This document shows positions 46,017-55,181 of a stretch of DNA of 64,000 nucleotides, in pieces. The stretch covers positions 1,505 to 65,504 of the forward strand of contig JAKQLJ010000052.1 in NCBI GenBank assembly GCA_029567195.1, read 5' to 3'. This DNA is from a bacterium (GTDB lineage Bacteria; Patescibacteriota; Minisyncoccia; Moranbacterales; UBA2206). Below the pieces are notes generated by a model that did not search any database, was not told the DNA's origin, and was given only the letters and a program-made list of their open reading frames with translations. The translations under genes and the position numbers were made by a program. Position 1 is the first letter of the stretch, and every line of letters begins with the position of its first letter.

Positions 46017-46673
46017 ATGAAAATTTTTTTAGATTTTGATGATGTGTTGTTTGACACCTATCGGTTCAAGCAAAAGCTTTGGGCTATTTTTATGTCCTGC
46101 GGGTTTAGCCGTAAGGAAACAGAGAAAGCGGCAGAAGACATTTCCTCAGAGTGCTTCAAGGAAAAGGGAAAAATTTATTCTCCCCTTGGCCATATTCGCA
46201 ATCTGAAAAAGATAAGGAATTTTGACGATCGAAATTTGAAAAAAGAAATTGATGGTTTTTTAGCCAAACTTAGCGGGTTTGTTTTTGCCGATTGTCGGAA
46301 ATTTCTAGAAAGTTTCCCTAAAAATGACCTGTATCTCATTAGCTATGGTCACGGAAATTTTCAAAGGAAAAAAATAAGAGGATCCGGTCTTTTCAAATAT
46401 TTTAAAAAGATAATCATAATAGACGGGAATAAAGTGAGAAAGGTTGCAGAAACAGCAAAAAAGGAAGGATTTTTGGGGCAGAAGAAAATCATACTAATTG
46501 ATGACAGACCGGAAAATTTGAAAAAGCCGAGAGAAATAAAAAAACAGGTGATAACACTTTGGCTTCGCCGCCCGGAAGGCAGATATTCCAATTCTTCTTG
46601 CTTTTACAGAGGCTGGGAAGCGAGAAATTTGAAAGAAGCGTTGGAAATAATAAAAAGAGAAAAAATGAAATAA
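46017..46673 (+). CDS. HAD superfamily hydrolase
   Basis: Motif I DFDDVLFDT directly after the ATG at 46017. ILIDDRPENL is a late acidic motif. Confidence 0.6.
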   Translation: MKIFLDFDDVLFDTYRFKQKLWAIFMSCGFSRKETEKAAEDISSECFKEKGKIYSPLGHIRNLKKIRNFDDRNLKKEIDGFLAKLSGFVFADCRKFLESFPKNDLYLISYGHGNFQRKKIRGSGLFKYFKKIIIIDGNKVRKVAETAKKEGFLGQKKIILIDDRPENLKKPREIKKQVITLWLRRPEGRYSNSSCFYRGWEARNLKEALEIIKREKMK

Positions 46674-46677
46674 ATTT

Positions 46678-48516
46678 ATGTGTGGAATCATTGCTTATGT
46701 CGGAAAACAAAATTCAGCGCCAATCCTTCTGGAAGGATTGAAAAAATTAGAATACCGCGGTTATGACAGCGCCGGTATTTCCGTTTGTAATAGAGAAAAT
46801 ATAATAACCGTAAAATCAGCTGGCAAAGTAGAGGAACTGGAAAATAAATTGGGAAAAAGAAAAATTTCAGGGACTATTGGTATTGCTCATACTCGCTGGG
46901 CAACTCATGGAAAACCGAATGATATTAATTCCCACCCCCATGCTGATTGCCAGGAGAATATACATTTGGTGCACAACGGCATCATTGAAAATTATCAGGA
47001 ATTAAAAAAATTCCTTCAAAAAAAGAAACATAAATTCAAATCGGAAACTGACAGCGAGGTTTTGGCTCACTTAATCGAAGAATTTGGAAAAAATTTAGGA
47101 TTTAAGGACGCTGTCTTGGAAGCTTTGAAAATGATAAGGGGGACATACGGATTAGCCATAATCAGCAAAAAAGAACAGGGAAAAATGCTGGTGGCCAGAA
47201 ACGGCAGTCCGTTAGTCATCGGCGTTGGTGACGGGGAATGCGTCATCGCTTCTGATGTCAGCGCTTTGATTTGCCATACGGACAAGGTTATTTATCTGGA
47301 AGACGGAGAAGTGGCGGAAATTGACAAGGACGGCTACTCCATAACCAATATTAAAAATAAAAAAGTAAACAAGGAGATATCAAAACTTACTTGGAATATT
47401 GAAAAATCACAAAAAGGAGGATTTCCTCATTTTATGCTGAAAGAAATATTCGAACAACCGGAAGCGATAAGAAATTGCCTTCGAGGAAGGATAGATAAAT
47501 TTTTAAAAGATGAAAATTTTCCGGTTTTGGGCGGACTGAAACCAGTGGAAAAAAAATTGAGGAAGATAAATAAAATTATAATTGTAGCTTGTGGCACTTC
47601 CTATTATTCAGGATTAGTCGGAAAATATATGTTTGAAGAATACGCCGGCATTTCAACAGAGGTGGAATATGCTTCCGAATTCAGGTATAGAAAGTCCGTC
47701 CTGTGCGGTCGGACAGCCGTCATTGCTATCTCTCAGTCAGGCGAAACAGCAGATACGCTGGCGGCCATAAGGGAAGCGAAAAGCAGAGGAGCTTTGACGT
47801 TGGGCATTGTCAACGTTGTCGGCTCTTCCATTTCCCGGGAAACTGACGGAGGCAGTTATACTCTTTCCGGTCCGGAAATAGGAGTGGCTTCTACCAAAGC
47901 CTTCACTTCGCAAATAACAGTGCTGGCTCTTTGGACAATGATGTTCGGAAGGCAGAGAAAGATGACTTTTTCTGCGACTGAAAAAATAGCCAAAGAGCTC
48001 AAAAAAATTCCGGAAATGGTGGAAAAAATTGTCAAAAATAACAAGGATATTAAAAAAATTGCCAAAAAATATATGACAGCGGAAAATTTTCTGTATATGG
48101 GCAGGAAATACAATTATCCTATCGCCATGGAGGGAGCGCTAAAAATCAAAGAAATTTCTTATATTCATGCCGAAGGATATCCTAGCGGAGAAATGAAGCA
48201 CGGGCCAATCGCCCTGATCGATGAAGATTTCCCCAGTATTTTTATCTGTCCCAAGGATAGCGTCTATGAGAAAAACATTTCCGGAATACAGGAAATAAAA
48301 GCGCGGGGCGGAAAAATTATCGCTGTTGCCACGGAGGGAGATAAAAATATGAAAAAAATAGCCGACGATGTTATTTATATTCCCAAAACCCTGGAAATGT
48401 TAACTCCGATGCTGGCAGTGGTTCCTCTTCAGATGTTTGCTTATTATTTCGGAGTGCTGAAAGGTTTTAACGTAGATCAGCCAAGGAATCTTGCCAAATC
48501 TGTTACGGTAGAGTAA
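46678..48516 (+). CDS. glmS: glutamine--fructose-6-phosphate aminotransferase
   Basis: MCGIIAYVG (N-terminal Cys), two SIS domains, C-terminal LAKSVTVE. Confidence 0.95.
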   Translation: MCGIIAYVGKQNSAPILLEGLKKLEYRGYDSAGISVCNRENIITVKSAGKVEELENKLGKRKISGTIGIAHTRWATHGKPNDINSHPHADCQENIHLVHNGIIENYQELKKFLQKKKHKFKSETDSEVLAHLIEEFGKNLGFKDAVLEALKMIRGTYGLAIISKKEQGKMLVARNGSPLVIGVGDGECVIASDVSALICHTDKVIYLEDGEVAEIDKDGYSITNIKNKKVNKEISKLTWNIEKSQKGGFPHFMLKEIFEQPEAIRNCLRGRIDKFLKDENFPVLGGLKPVEKKLRKINKIIIVACGTSYYSGLVGKYMFEEYAGISTEVEYASEFRYRKSVLCGRTAVIAISQSGETADTLAAIREAKSRGALTLGIVNVVGSSISRETDGGSYTLSGPEIGVASTKAFTSQITVLALWTMMFGRQRKMTFSATEKIAKELKKIPEMVEKIVKNNKDIKKIAKKYMTAENFLYMGRKYNYPIAMEGALKIKEISYIHAEGYPSGEMKHGPIALIDEDFPSIFICPKDSVYEKNISGIQEIKARGGKIIAVATEGDKNMKKIADDVIYIPKTLEMLTPMLAVVPLQMFAYYFGVLKGFNVDQPRNLAKSVTVE

Positions 48517-48556
48517 AGTTAAAATATGTTTTGTCAAAATAATTTAATATTAAAAA

Positions 48557-48928
48557 ATGAAATTTACTAAAAAACAAATAGCCGTTTCTTCAATTATTGT
48601 CTTTGTCATTGCTCTAATACTGGGACTAAGATCTTTGACTCCTGAGGACGAGTGGGTGTGCGAGAAAGGACAGTGGGTGGCTCACGGAAAACCGGAAGCG
48701 CCAAAACCTGCCTTTTCTTGTGTTCAAAAATCCGCCCAGTTACCCAGCGATACTTATTGCAAAAGTGACAAGGATTGTCTTTGCGGCGTTCATAAGAGCA
48801 AGAGCATCTGTTTTACGGGAAATAAATCTTTCGTAGCGGAATCCGTCCAATGCAAAGATTTTTGTTCTGACGGCGATGATATTAAAAGTGTTAAGTGTGT
48901 GAAAAATAAATGCAAAAAAGCTAAATAG
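48557..48928 (+). CDS. Cys-rich membrane-anchored or secreted hypothetical protein
   Basis: 123 aa with an N-terminal TM helix and 12 Cys in the remainder. Confidence 0.5.
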   Translation: MKFTKKQIAVSSIIVFVIALILGLRSLTPEDEWVCEKGQWVAHGKPEAPKPAFSCVQKSAQLPSDTYCKSDKDCLCGVHKSKSICFTGNKSFVAESVQCKDFCSDGDDIKSVKCVKNKCKKAK

Positions 48929-48930
48929 AC

Positions 48931-49956
48931 ATGGACGTTTCTTTGTTGGCCAAATTATTGGAAGACAATAATCAGCCGAAATTTCGCCTGGAACAAGTTA
49001 AAAAAGCCATCTTTCAGGATGGCGTTTTTAGTTTTGAAAATATTACCACCATATCCAAAGAGCTAAGAGAAAAATTAAAAGAAAATCTAGATATTTTATC
49101 TTTTTTTCCGGATAAAACATTAGTTTCCAAGGATAAGCGATCGATAAAGGCGCTACTCAAACTTAAGGACGGCAATTTGATCGAAACAGTTTTTATTTCT
49201 CCAAAACCAAATATTTGGTCGGCGTGCATTTCCAGCCAAGTCGGCTGTCCTTTGGGATGCGGATTTTGCGCAACGGGAAAAGGCGGTTTCAAGAGAAATC
49301 TGACTGCCGAAGAAATCACTGATCAGATTTTATATTGGAAACAGTATATGAAAAAGAAAGGATTAGCCGGAGTTTTTTCCAATATAGTTTATATGGGCAT
49401 GGGCGAGCCTTTTTTAAATTGGGAAGAAGTTTCAAAGAGCTTAAGAAATTTGACTGATCCTGATTTGTTCGGTTTTAGCTCCAGAAGCATTTCTGTTTCG
49501 ACTGCCGGCATTCCGGAAGGCATAGAAAAACTAGCGATGAAATTTCCTCAAATAAATCTGGCTGTTTCCCTTCATTTTTCTGCTGACGAAAAAAGGGATA
49601 AATTTATGCCTATAAACAAAAAACACAACTTGGAAAAATTGAAAAATTCACTGCGAAGTTATTTTACGCATTGCAACAGAAAAGTTTTTTTGGAGTATAT
49701 TCTTCTTGAAAACGTAAACGACAGCTTGGAGGATGCTCAGGATCTGATAAAATATTTAAAATCGATTGGTAATTTTCATCTTCTTCATGTTAATTTGATT
49801 CGTTATAATTCCACTTCGGACAAATTAAAACCGTCTTCAAGCAGTGTGGCCAGAGAATTTAAGAATTATTTATTGCGAAACGGAGTAAATGTTACTATAA
49901 GAAAAAGCCTTGGAGAGGATATCCAAGGCGCTTGCGGGCAATTGGCCGGAAGGTAA
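48931..49956 (+). CDS. rlmN: 23S rRNA/tRNA (adenine-C2)-methyltransferase RlmN
   Basis: Radical SAM motif CPLGCGFCATG, plus the C-terminal GACGQL. Confidence 0.9.
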   Translation: MDVSLLAKLLEDNNQPKFRLEQVKKAIFQDGVFSFENITTISKELREKLKENLDILSFFPDKTLVSKDKRSIKALLKLKDGNLIETVFISPKPNIWSACISSQVGCPLGCGFCATGKGGFKRNLTAEEITDQILYWKQYMKKKGLAGVFSNIVYMGMGEPFLNWEEVSKSLRNLTDPDLFGFSSRSISVSTAGIPEGIEKLAMKFPQINLAVSLHFSADEKRDKFMPINKKHNLEKLKNSLRSYFTHCNRKVFLEYILLENVNDSLEDAQDLIKYLKSIGNFHLLHVNLIRYNSTSDKLKPSSSSVAREFKNYLLRNGVNVTIRKSLGEDIQGACGQLAGR

Positions 49957-49959
49957 TTA

Positions 49960-51576
49960 TTAAATACTTTTTGCCATATAAGTATCTTTTAGTCGATAAC
50001 CTATTTTTTTGTAATAATCCCTGACGCCCACGCCTGAAATTACTACAATCTTTTTCATATGAAATTCTCGGGCGGCAATTTTTTCCGCTTCGGCAATAAG
50101 CTTTTTGCCCAAGCCGATATGCTGGGGCGAAAGCTTATCTTTCTTGTCCACCTCGGTCATTTTACCATAAGTGTGGACTTCGCGGATTAGAGCGGCGTTT
50201 CTAAGGGCAGGAATAAAATGTTTGGCATTATCCGTTATCCTGAGTCTCAGTATGGCAAAAAGTTTTTTTCTGTCCGGAGAGGTGTATTCCAGAAAAATTT
50301 CCTTGCCTTCCGATGCGTCATAATTAATTCTGTTTAAGATTATTTTTTCAGCTGTTTTATATTCAGCGCGGACTTCCCGACAGCGAATGCAGGGGCATTT
50401 TGACCGGGAGGATATTATTTGGCGCAAATTGGAGACAATCGGTCCAGAAACAATGGAAGTGGCTGGAACATCACGAATAAGGCGGGATATGCGGACATAA
50501 GGCGGAATTACCTCATTTTTTATTTTTACGATAAGCTTTTCAAATTTTTTGTCATTTAGCGCCTTATATTTTCCGCCCTTCCAAATTTTATAAAGCCCGC
50601 TGTCTTTTATGACCACCGTCGGATAAATTTTGAGCATATCCGGCTGAAAACGAGAATCAGAAAAAAGCGTTTTGAACATTTCATAATCTTTTTTGACATT
50701 CGATCCGGGAAGTCCCGGCATAATATGATAGTTTATTTTAAATCCGGCATCTTTCAGGAGTTTCGTGGCTTCGATTGTTTTTTTGACATCATGGCCGCGT
50801 TTGTTAATTTTTAAAACCGAGTTAAAAATGCTTTGCACTCCCAGTTCCACTCGGGTGCAACCCAATTGTCTGAAGTTGATTATTTCTTTTTCATCAATAT
50901 AGTCCGGCCTGGTTTCAAGAGTCAGGCCGATTATCCTGTGCTTCGCTTTTTCATTGCGTTTCTGTTCAAGAAATAATGACTTTTTATTGCAAGTCTGCCA
51001 AAGCCGCTTCGCTCCCAAGCGCGAGCTTGCGTAGCGATGCGGGCGGGGATAATCATTACAAGCCCGAAAACATTCCGTGATAAACCATTTCTGATAATTT
51101 TTGGGCAAGCAAGAAAAAGTCCCGCCCATTACAATAAGTTCGATTTTGTCTGTTTTATGTCCGTTTAATGCCAGAGATCGAAGGCGATTTTGTACCTGGG
51201 AATAGGGATTAAATCGGGCGTCAATAGCTCTCATGACGGCTGGCTCGTTGGAGAGATAACTCTTGGGCATATCAGGCTCTGTCGGGCAATATAAACATTT
51301 TCCCGGACAAGGATAGGATTTGGTCAGAACTGCCACCACCGCCACTCCGGATTGGGTCCGTATGGATTTAGTGGCTAGAATTTTTTCAAAAAAACCGTTT
51401 CGTTTTATCTTTTTGTCTTTTACCAGCTTTTCATATCTCTCTCGAAGGTCGGCGTTGGAAGGCAAGGGCAATTTTAATTTCTTGGAAATTTTCTTTTTAA
51501 GCTGCAAAAAATCATCCCTGTTTCTGGATTTGGCTTTTATTGCTAATTTAAGAAATTTGTCGTAAGCTAAATTCAT
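49960..51576 (-). CDS. elp3: Elp3-like radical SAM/GNAT tRNA U34 carboxymethyl-modification enzyme
   Basis: VAVVAVLTKSYPCPGKCLYCP (radical SAM cluster), GLTLETRPDY, GCTRVELGVQS, and C-terminal GNAT QHIGLGKKLIAEAEKIA. Confidence 0.85.
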   Translation of the reverse strand: MNLAYDKFLKLAIKAKSRNRDDFLQLKKKISKKLKLPLPSNADLRERYEKLVKDKKIKRNGFFEKILATKSIRTQSGVAVVAVLTKSYPCPGKCLYCPTEPDMPKSYLSNEPAVMRAIDARFNPYSQVQNRLRSLALNGHKTDKIELIVMGGTFSCLPKNYQKWFITECFRACNDYPRPHRYASSRLGAKRLWQTCNKKSLFLEQKRNEKAKHRIIGLTLETRPDYIDEKEIINFRQLGCTRVELGVQSIFNSVLKINKRGHDVKKTIEATKLLKDAGFKINYHIMPGLPGSNVKKDYEMFKTLFSDSRFQPDMLKIYPTVVIKDSGLYKIWKGGKYKALNDKKFEKLIVKIKNEVIPPYVRISRLIRDVPATSIVSGPIVSNLRQIISSRSKCPCIRCREVRAEYKTAEKIILNRINYDASEGKEIFLEYTSPDRKKLFAILRLRITDNAKHFIPALRNAALIREVHTYGKMTEVDKKDKLSPQHIGLGKKLIAEAEKIAAREFHMKKIVVISGVGVRDYYKKIGYRLKDTYMAKSI

Positions 51577-51598
51577 TCTTTCGTGTTAATCTTTTGTT

Positions 51599-52311
51599 AT
51601 GGATAACAGTCAAATAAATAAAACACTTGAAAGCTTGGAGGCTGGCTATAATCGGATAGCGATGAAATTTTCCGATACCCGGAAATTTTTTTGGCGCGAT
51701 TTGGAATTTATAGCTGATTATGTGGATAGCGGCGATAAGGTGTTGGATTTTGGCTGTGGAAACGGCCGATTATTGAAAATCATTAAAAACAAGACGAGAT
51801 AGATTACAGGGGAGTGGACATTTCCAAAAAGCTCATTGATCTTGCCAGATTGCAATATCCCGAAATCCAAGAAAATTTTTCCCATGTTTCCAGTCAAGAC
51901 AGTCTACCATTTCCTGATAATTTTTTCAATAAAGTCATATCTGTTGCCGTTTTTCATCATTTTCCGGTTGTTTATGCCCGAGAAAGAGCCGGAGAAATTT
52001 TTCGCGTTACCAAGCCCGGGGGAACGATCATAATTACCGCTTGGAACTTGTGGCAGCCGAAATTTAGAAAATATCTGTGGGATAAAAAAATTTTTTGGAA
52101 AAAATTATGGAAAAAAAAGGAGTGTGGGGGAATGGGTTTTAAAGATATTTTGATTCCTTTTAAAGACAATGATGGGGCGGTTTTTAACCGTTATCACCGG
52201 GCTTATACTAAGAGAGAACTGGTCAAAATTTTTTCCCAAGCCGGCTTTTTGGTGACCGAATGTTATTTGGCCAATAAGAAGAATATAGTTTTGGTGGGAG
52301 TGAAAAAATAG
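51599..52311 (+). pseudogene. Trm9-like SAM-dependent methyltransferase split by a frameshift at an A5 run
   Basis: ORF 51599..51802 (GYNRIAMKFSDTRKFFW, VLDFGCGNGRLL) stops at TAG 51800-51802. The frame of ORF 51814..52311 is open from 51787 (KQDEIDYRGVDIS..ISVAVFHHFP..GGTIIITAWNLWQ). One extra A in AAAAA (51785-51789) would join them. Confidence 0.7.
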
Positions 52312-52422
52312 CGCGTTTTTCAACTAAATGCCAATTGCTAAATCGGCTGGTATTGGTATAATTAAAGTAGCGAAAAATAATATAGAAGATAAAAAGTTTA
52401 TAAAAATAAAACTGATTTTTCA

Positions 52423-53736
52423 ATGAACAAACCGCTTGTAGAAATAAAAAACCTGAAAGTTATTTATAACAAAGGAAAGTCCAATGAAGTCAGGGCGCTT
52501 GACGGAGTAAATCTTAAGATTTATCCGCAAGAATATGTGATTTTCTACGGACCTTCTGGCTGTGGAAAATCCACGTTGCTTTATGCCATTTCCGGCCTTC
52601 AGGCTCCCACTCAAGGGGAAACTTATTTTCGCGGAAAGGATATTTCCAAAATGACAAAAGAAGAAATGGTGGGATTGCACCAAAAAGGAACCGGAATGGT
52701 CTTTCAGGCTTTTTATCTGATTCCTTCTTTGAATGTTTTGGATAATGTCTGCTTGCCAAAGGTTTTTAGAGGCGAATCCCTGGGTAGAAGAAAAGAAGAA
52801 GGGATAAAACTGCTCCATCGTTTTTCCATCGTGGAGCAGGCTAATAAATTTCCCAGTCAATTATCTGGCGGTCAAAAACAAAGAGTGTCCATTTCCCGAG
52901 CCTTGGTTAATAATCCGGAATTAATATTAGCGGATGAACCGGTGGGAAATTTGGACAGCGAATCGGCGGAAAATGTGCTGCAAATTTTAAAGGAGCTCAA
53001 CGAGATTGATAAAAAAACCGTTATCTTGGTAACTCACAATGCTGAACATCTGCATTTTGCCGACAGGGTAATCTATATGAAGGACGGGCGGATAATCAAA
53101 GAAGAAGTGAACAAGGAAAAGCGGCCGTTGGAAGCGGGCAAGGAAGATATTGATATAAAGCTGGACGAACTTTCCGATGAAATGAAAATTTTGATGAGAG
53201 CGTTTAAGAATCTTTCCATTACTCAGGTGGGAGCTCTTTTGGTGCCATATAAAGCCAATCAGTTGATGGCTCACTTGATATCGGAACTTACCGAAGAGCA
53301 AGTAAACTCTGCCAATGCCTTTTTAAAAGAACTTCTTTTTTACAATATCAATTTGGATGATTTCAGAAAAAGCTTGGATCTATCTTATAACAAAGGAGGG
53401 GCCGGCTGGAATAAGAAGAGAGCAGAGTCTTTCTCCAGAAGGGCCGGTGAAATTATAAAACATTCGGAGATTATCAAAAAAGAGGAATCAAAAACAGCGG
53501 CAATTTCATTGTCGGAATATTTTGCAAATCTTTTTAGCCTTCATCTTGACGGTGAAATAAAATTGCGTCTCGAGTCTTTTGTCAAACAAAGAATTGAAAA
53601 CAAAATTGACCGGTTTGAATTTCAAAAGAAACTCGATTCTTCAAAGATTTTGGGTGGAGTCGGATTAAACAGGCTGAAGGCGGAAAAAATATCCCGGGAA
53701 ATGGAGATTATTATGCTTATTAAATTCTCTAACTAG
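52423..53736 (+). CDS. ABC transporter ATP-binding protein (MacB/LolD-like) with ~210-aa C-terminal extension
   Basis: Walker A GPSGCGKST, signature LSGGQKQRVSISRAL, Walker B LILADEP, and H-loop VTHN. An uncharacterised helical tail follows. Confidence 0.85.
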   Translation: MNKPLVEIKNLKVIYNKGKSNEVRALDGVNLKIYPQEYVIFYGPSGCGKSTLLYAISGLQAPTQGETYFRGKDISKMTKEEMVGLHQKGTGMVFQAFYLIPSLNVLDNVCLPKVFRGESLGRRKEEGIKLLHRFSIVEQANKFPSQLSGGQKQRVSISRALVNNPELILADEPVGNLDSESAENVLQILKELNEIDKKTVILVTHNAEHLHFADRVIYMKDGRIIKEEVNKEKRPLEAGKEDIDIKLDELSDEMKILMRAFKNLSITQVGALLVPYKANQLMAHLISELTEEQVNSANAFLKELLFYNINLDDFRKSLDLSYNKGGAGWNKKRAESFSRRAGEIIKHSEIIKKEESKTAAISLSEYFANLFSLHLDGEIKLRLESFVKQRIENKIDRFEFQKKLDSSKILGGVGLNRLKAEKISREMEIIMLIKFSN

Positions 53737-53757
53737 CCATAAAATTTTTAAAATAGC

Positions 53758-54972
53758 ATGAAATTTTACGACCTATTCGTATTATCGACCAGAATGTTTA
53801 AGGCGAGAACTTCTCGAACTCTCTTGACTATTTTGGGTATGAGCGTGGGAATCGGGGCCATACTTTTTCTTGTTTCCATGGGATACGGCTTACAAAGAAC
53901 AATTTTAGAGAAAATTACCACCGAAGATTCTCTTCTGACTGTCGATGTTTCAAAACAGAAAGAATCGGCCTCGGTTTTGGATCGGGAAACTCTGGAAAAA
54001 ATAAAAAATATTGACGGAGTATCGGAGATAAGCCCTACTTTTCGGCTGACTTCCCAGGGAAGATTAGAAGAACTCAAGGCGGACTTGGAAGTAATTGCCG
54101 CCGATGCCGCCTTTTTTAGACTAAGCGGAATGAGGTTGGAAAAGGGGGAAAATTTATCCAATGACAAAAAGGAAGGAATAGTTATTTCTTCGGCCATATC
54201 CAAAATTTTCAGCAAAGAAGCTAAGGATATGATAGGGAAAGAGATGACTTTCACCTTCATAGTTCCCGAGAACGGTGCCGGTCAAATTGGTGGAGAAAAT
54301 CAGGCTAATGAAGGAAGGAAAGTGGAATCGGACACTAAATATAAAATAGTAGGGACAGTTGAAAGTGAAGAAAATATAATTTATGTTAACTATGCATCTT
54401 TGGGTAATTTGGGACTTTCTTATTTTGATCAAGTAAAAGTAAAATGCAAATCGGATAAAAAAATGGCCGAAATCAAGGGCGATATTTCTTCGCGAGGCTT
54501 TACGGTTTCTTCCATTTCTGAAACCGTTGATCAGGCCAACAAGGTTTTTGGAGTGATAAAATTAGTGTTGATGCTGTTTGGAATAATTGCATTGGTGGTC
54601 AGTGCTATCGGAATGTTCAACACTATGACTATTACTCTTTTGGAAAGAACGGAAGAAATTGGCATTATGAAATCAATTGGTGCTTCCGATATGACCATAT
54701 CCCTGATATTCATAATGGAGTCAACGATTATGGGATTTTTAGGAGGAGTGGTAGGAATTGTTATCGGTTGGTTGGAGGGAGAATTATTTAACACAGCAGT
54801 TAATTTTATTGCTACTCGTTTTGGCGGCGAGAAAGTGGATTTATTTTATAGCCCCTTGTGGTTTATTTTGGCAACTATCATATTTGCGGCTGTAGTTGGT
54901 TTTATAACGGGTGTTATTCCGGCCAAGCGGGCCAGTAAAATAGATCCTCTGGATGCGCTGAGATATAAGTAA
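53758..54972 (+). CDS. ABC transporter permease, FtsX/MacB type
   Basis: N-terminal TM helix, a large periplasmic-type domain, then three C-terminal TM helices with ITLLERTEEIGIMKSIGAS. Confidence 0.8.
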   Translation: MKFYDLFVLSTRMFKARTSRTLLTILGMSVGIGAILFLVSMGYGLQRTILEKITTEDSLLTVDVSKQKESASVLDRETLEKIKNIDGVSEISPTFRLTSQGRLEELKADLEVIAADAAFFRLSGMRLEKGENLSNDKKEGIVISSAISKIFSKEAKDMIGKEMTFTFIVPENGAGQIGGENQANEGRKVESDTKYKIVGTVESEENIIYVNYASLGNLGLSYFDQVKVKCKSDKKMAEIKGDISSRGFTVSSISETVDQANKVFGVIKLVLMLFGIIALVVSAIGMFNTMTITLLERTEEIGIMKSIGASDMTISLIFIMESTIMGFLGGVVGIVIGWLEGELFNTAVNFIATRFGGEKVDLFYSPLWFILATIIFAAVVGFITGVIPAKRASKIDPLDALRYK

Positions 54973-54990
54973 AAATTATTTTTGCTAACT

Positions 54991-55021
54991 AAAAAACAAA
55001 GCCAATGGGCTTTGTTTTTTT
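54991..55021. terminator. bidirectional hairpin terminator
   Basis: AAAAAACAAAGCC AATG GGCTTTGTTTTTTT, between the permease (+) and tRNA-Leu (-). Confidence 0.7.
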
Positions 55022-55022
55022 G

Positions 55023-55106
55023 TGCCGCGAGAGAGGGTCGAACTCTCATGGTGTTGCCACCGCGGGATTTTGAGTCCCGTGCGTCTGCCAATTCCGCCAT
55101 CGCGGC
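55023..55106 (-). tRNA. tRNA-Leu (anticodon CAA)
   Basis: The minus strand reads GCCGCGA TG GCGGAATTGGCAGACGC A CGGGA CTCAAAA TCCCG CGGTGGCAACACCAT GAGAG TTCGACC CTCTC TCGCGGC A. This gives a 7-bp acceptor stem, a long variable arm, and T-loop TTCGACC. No CCA is encoded. Confidence 0.9.
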
Positions 55107-55181
55107 TTTTCTTTGTTCTTATAATTATAGTATAATATATTTATTCCCTAATATTAAATACTTTTAAGGGACTAGTCTATT

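Noticed and set aside
46560-46680. A glmS ribozyme upstream of glmS
   Set aside because: Only 4 nt separate the upstream stop (46673) from the glmS ATG (46678), so there is no room for the ~170-nt ribozyme.
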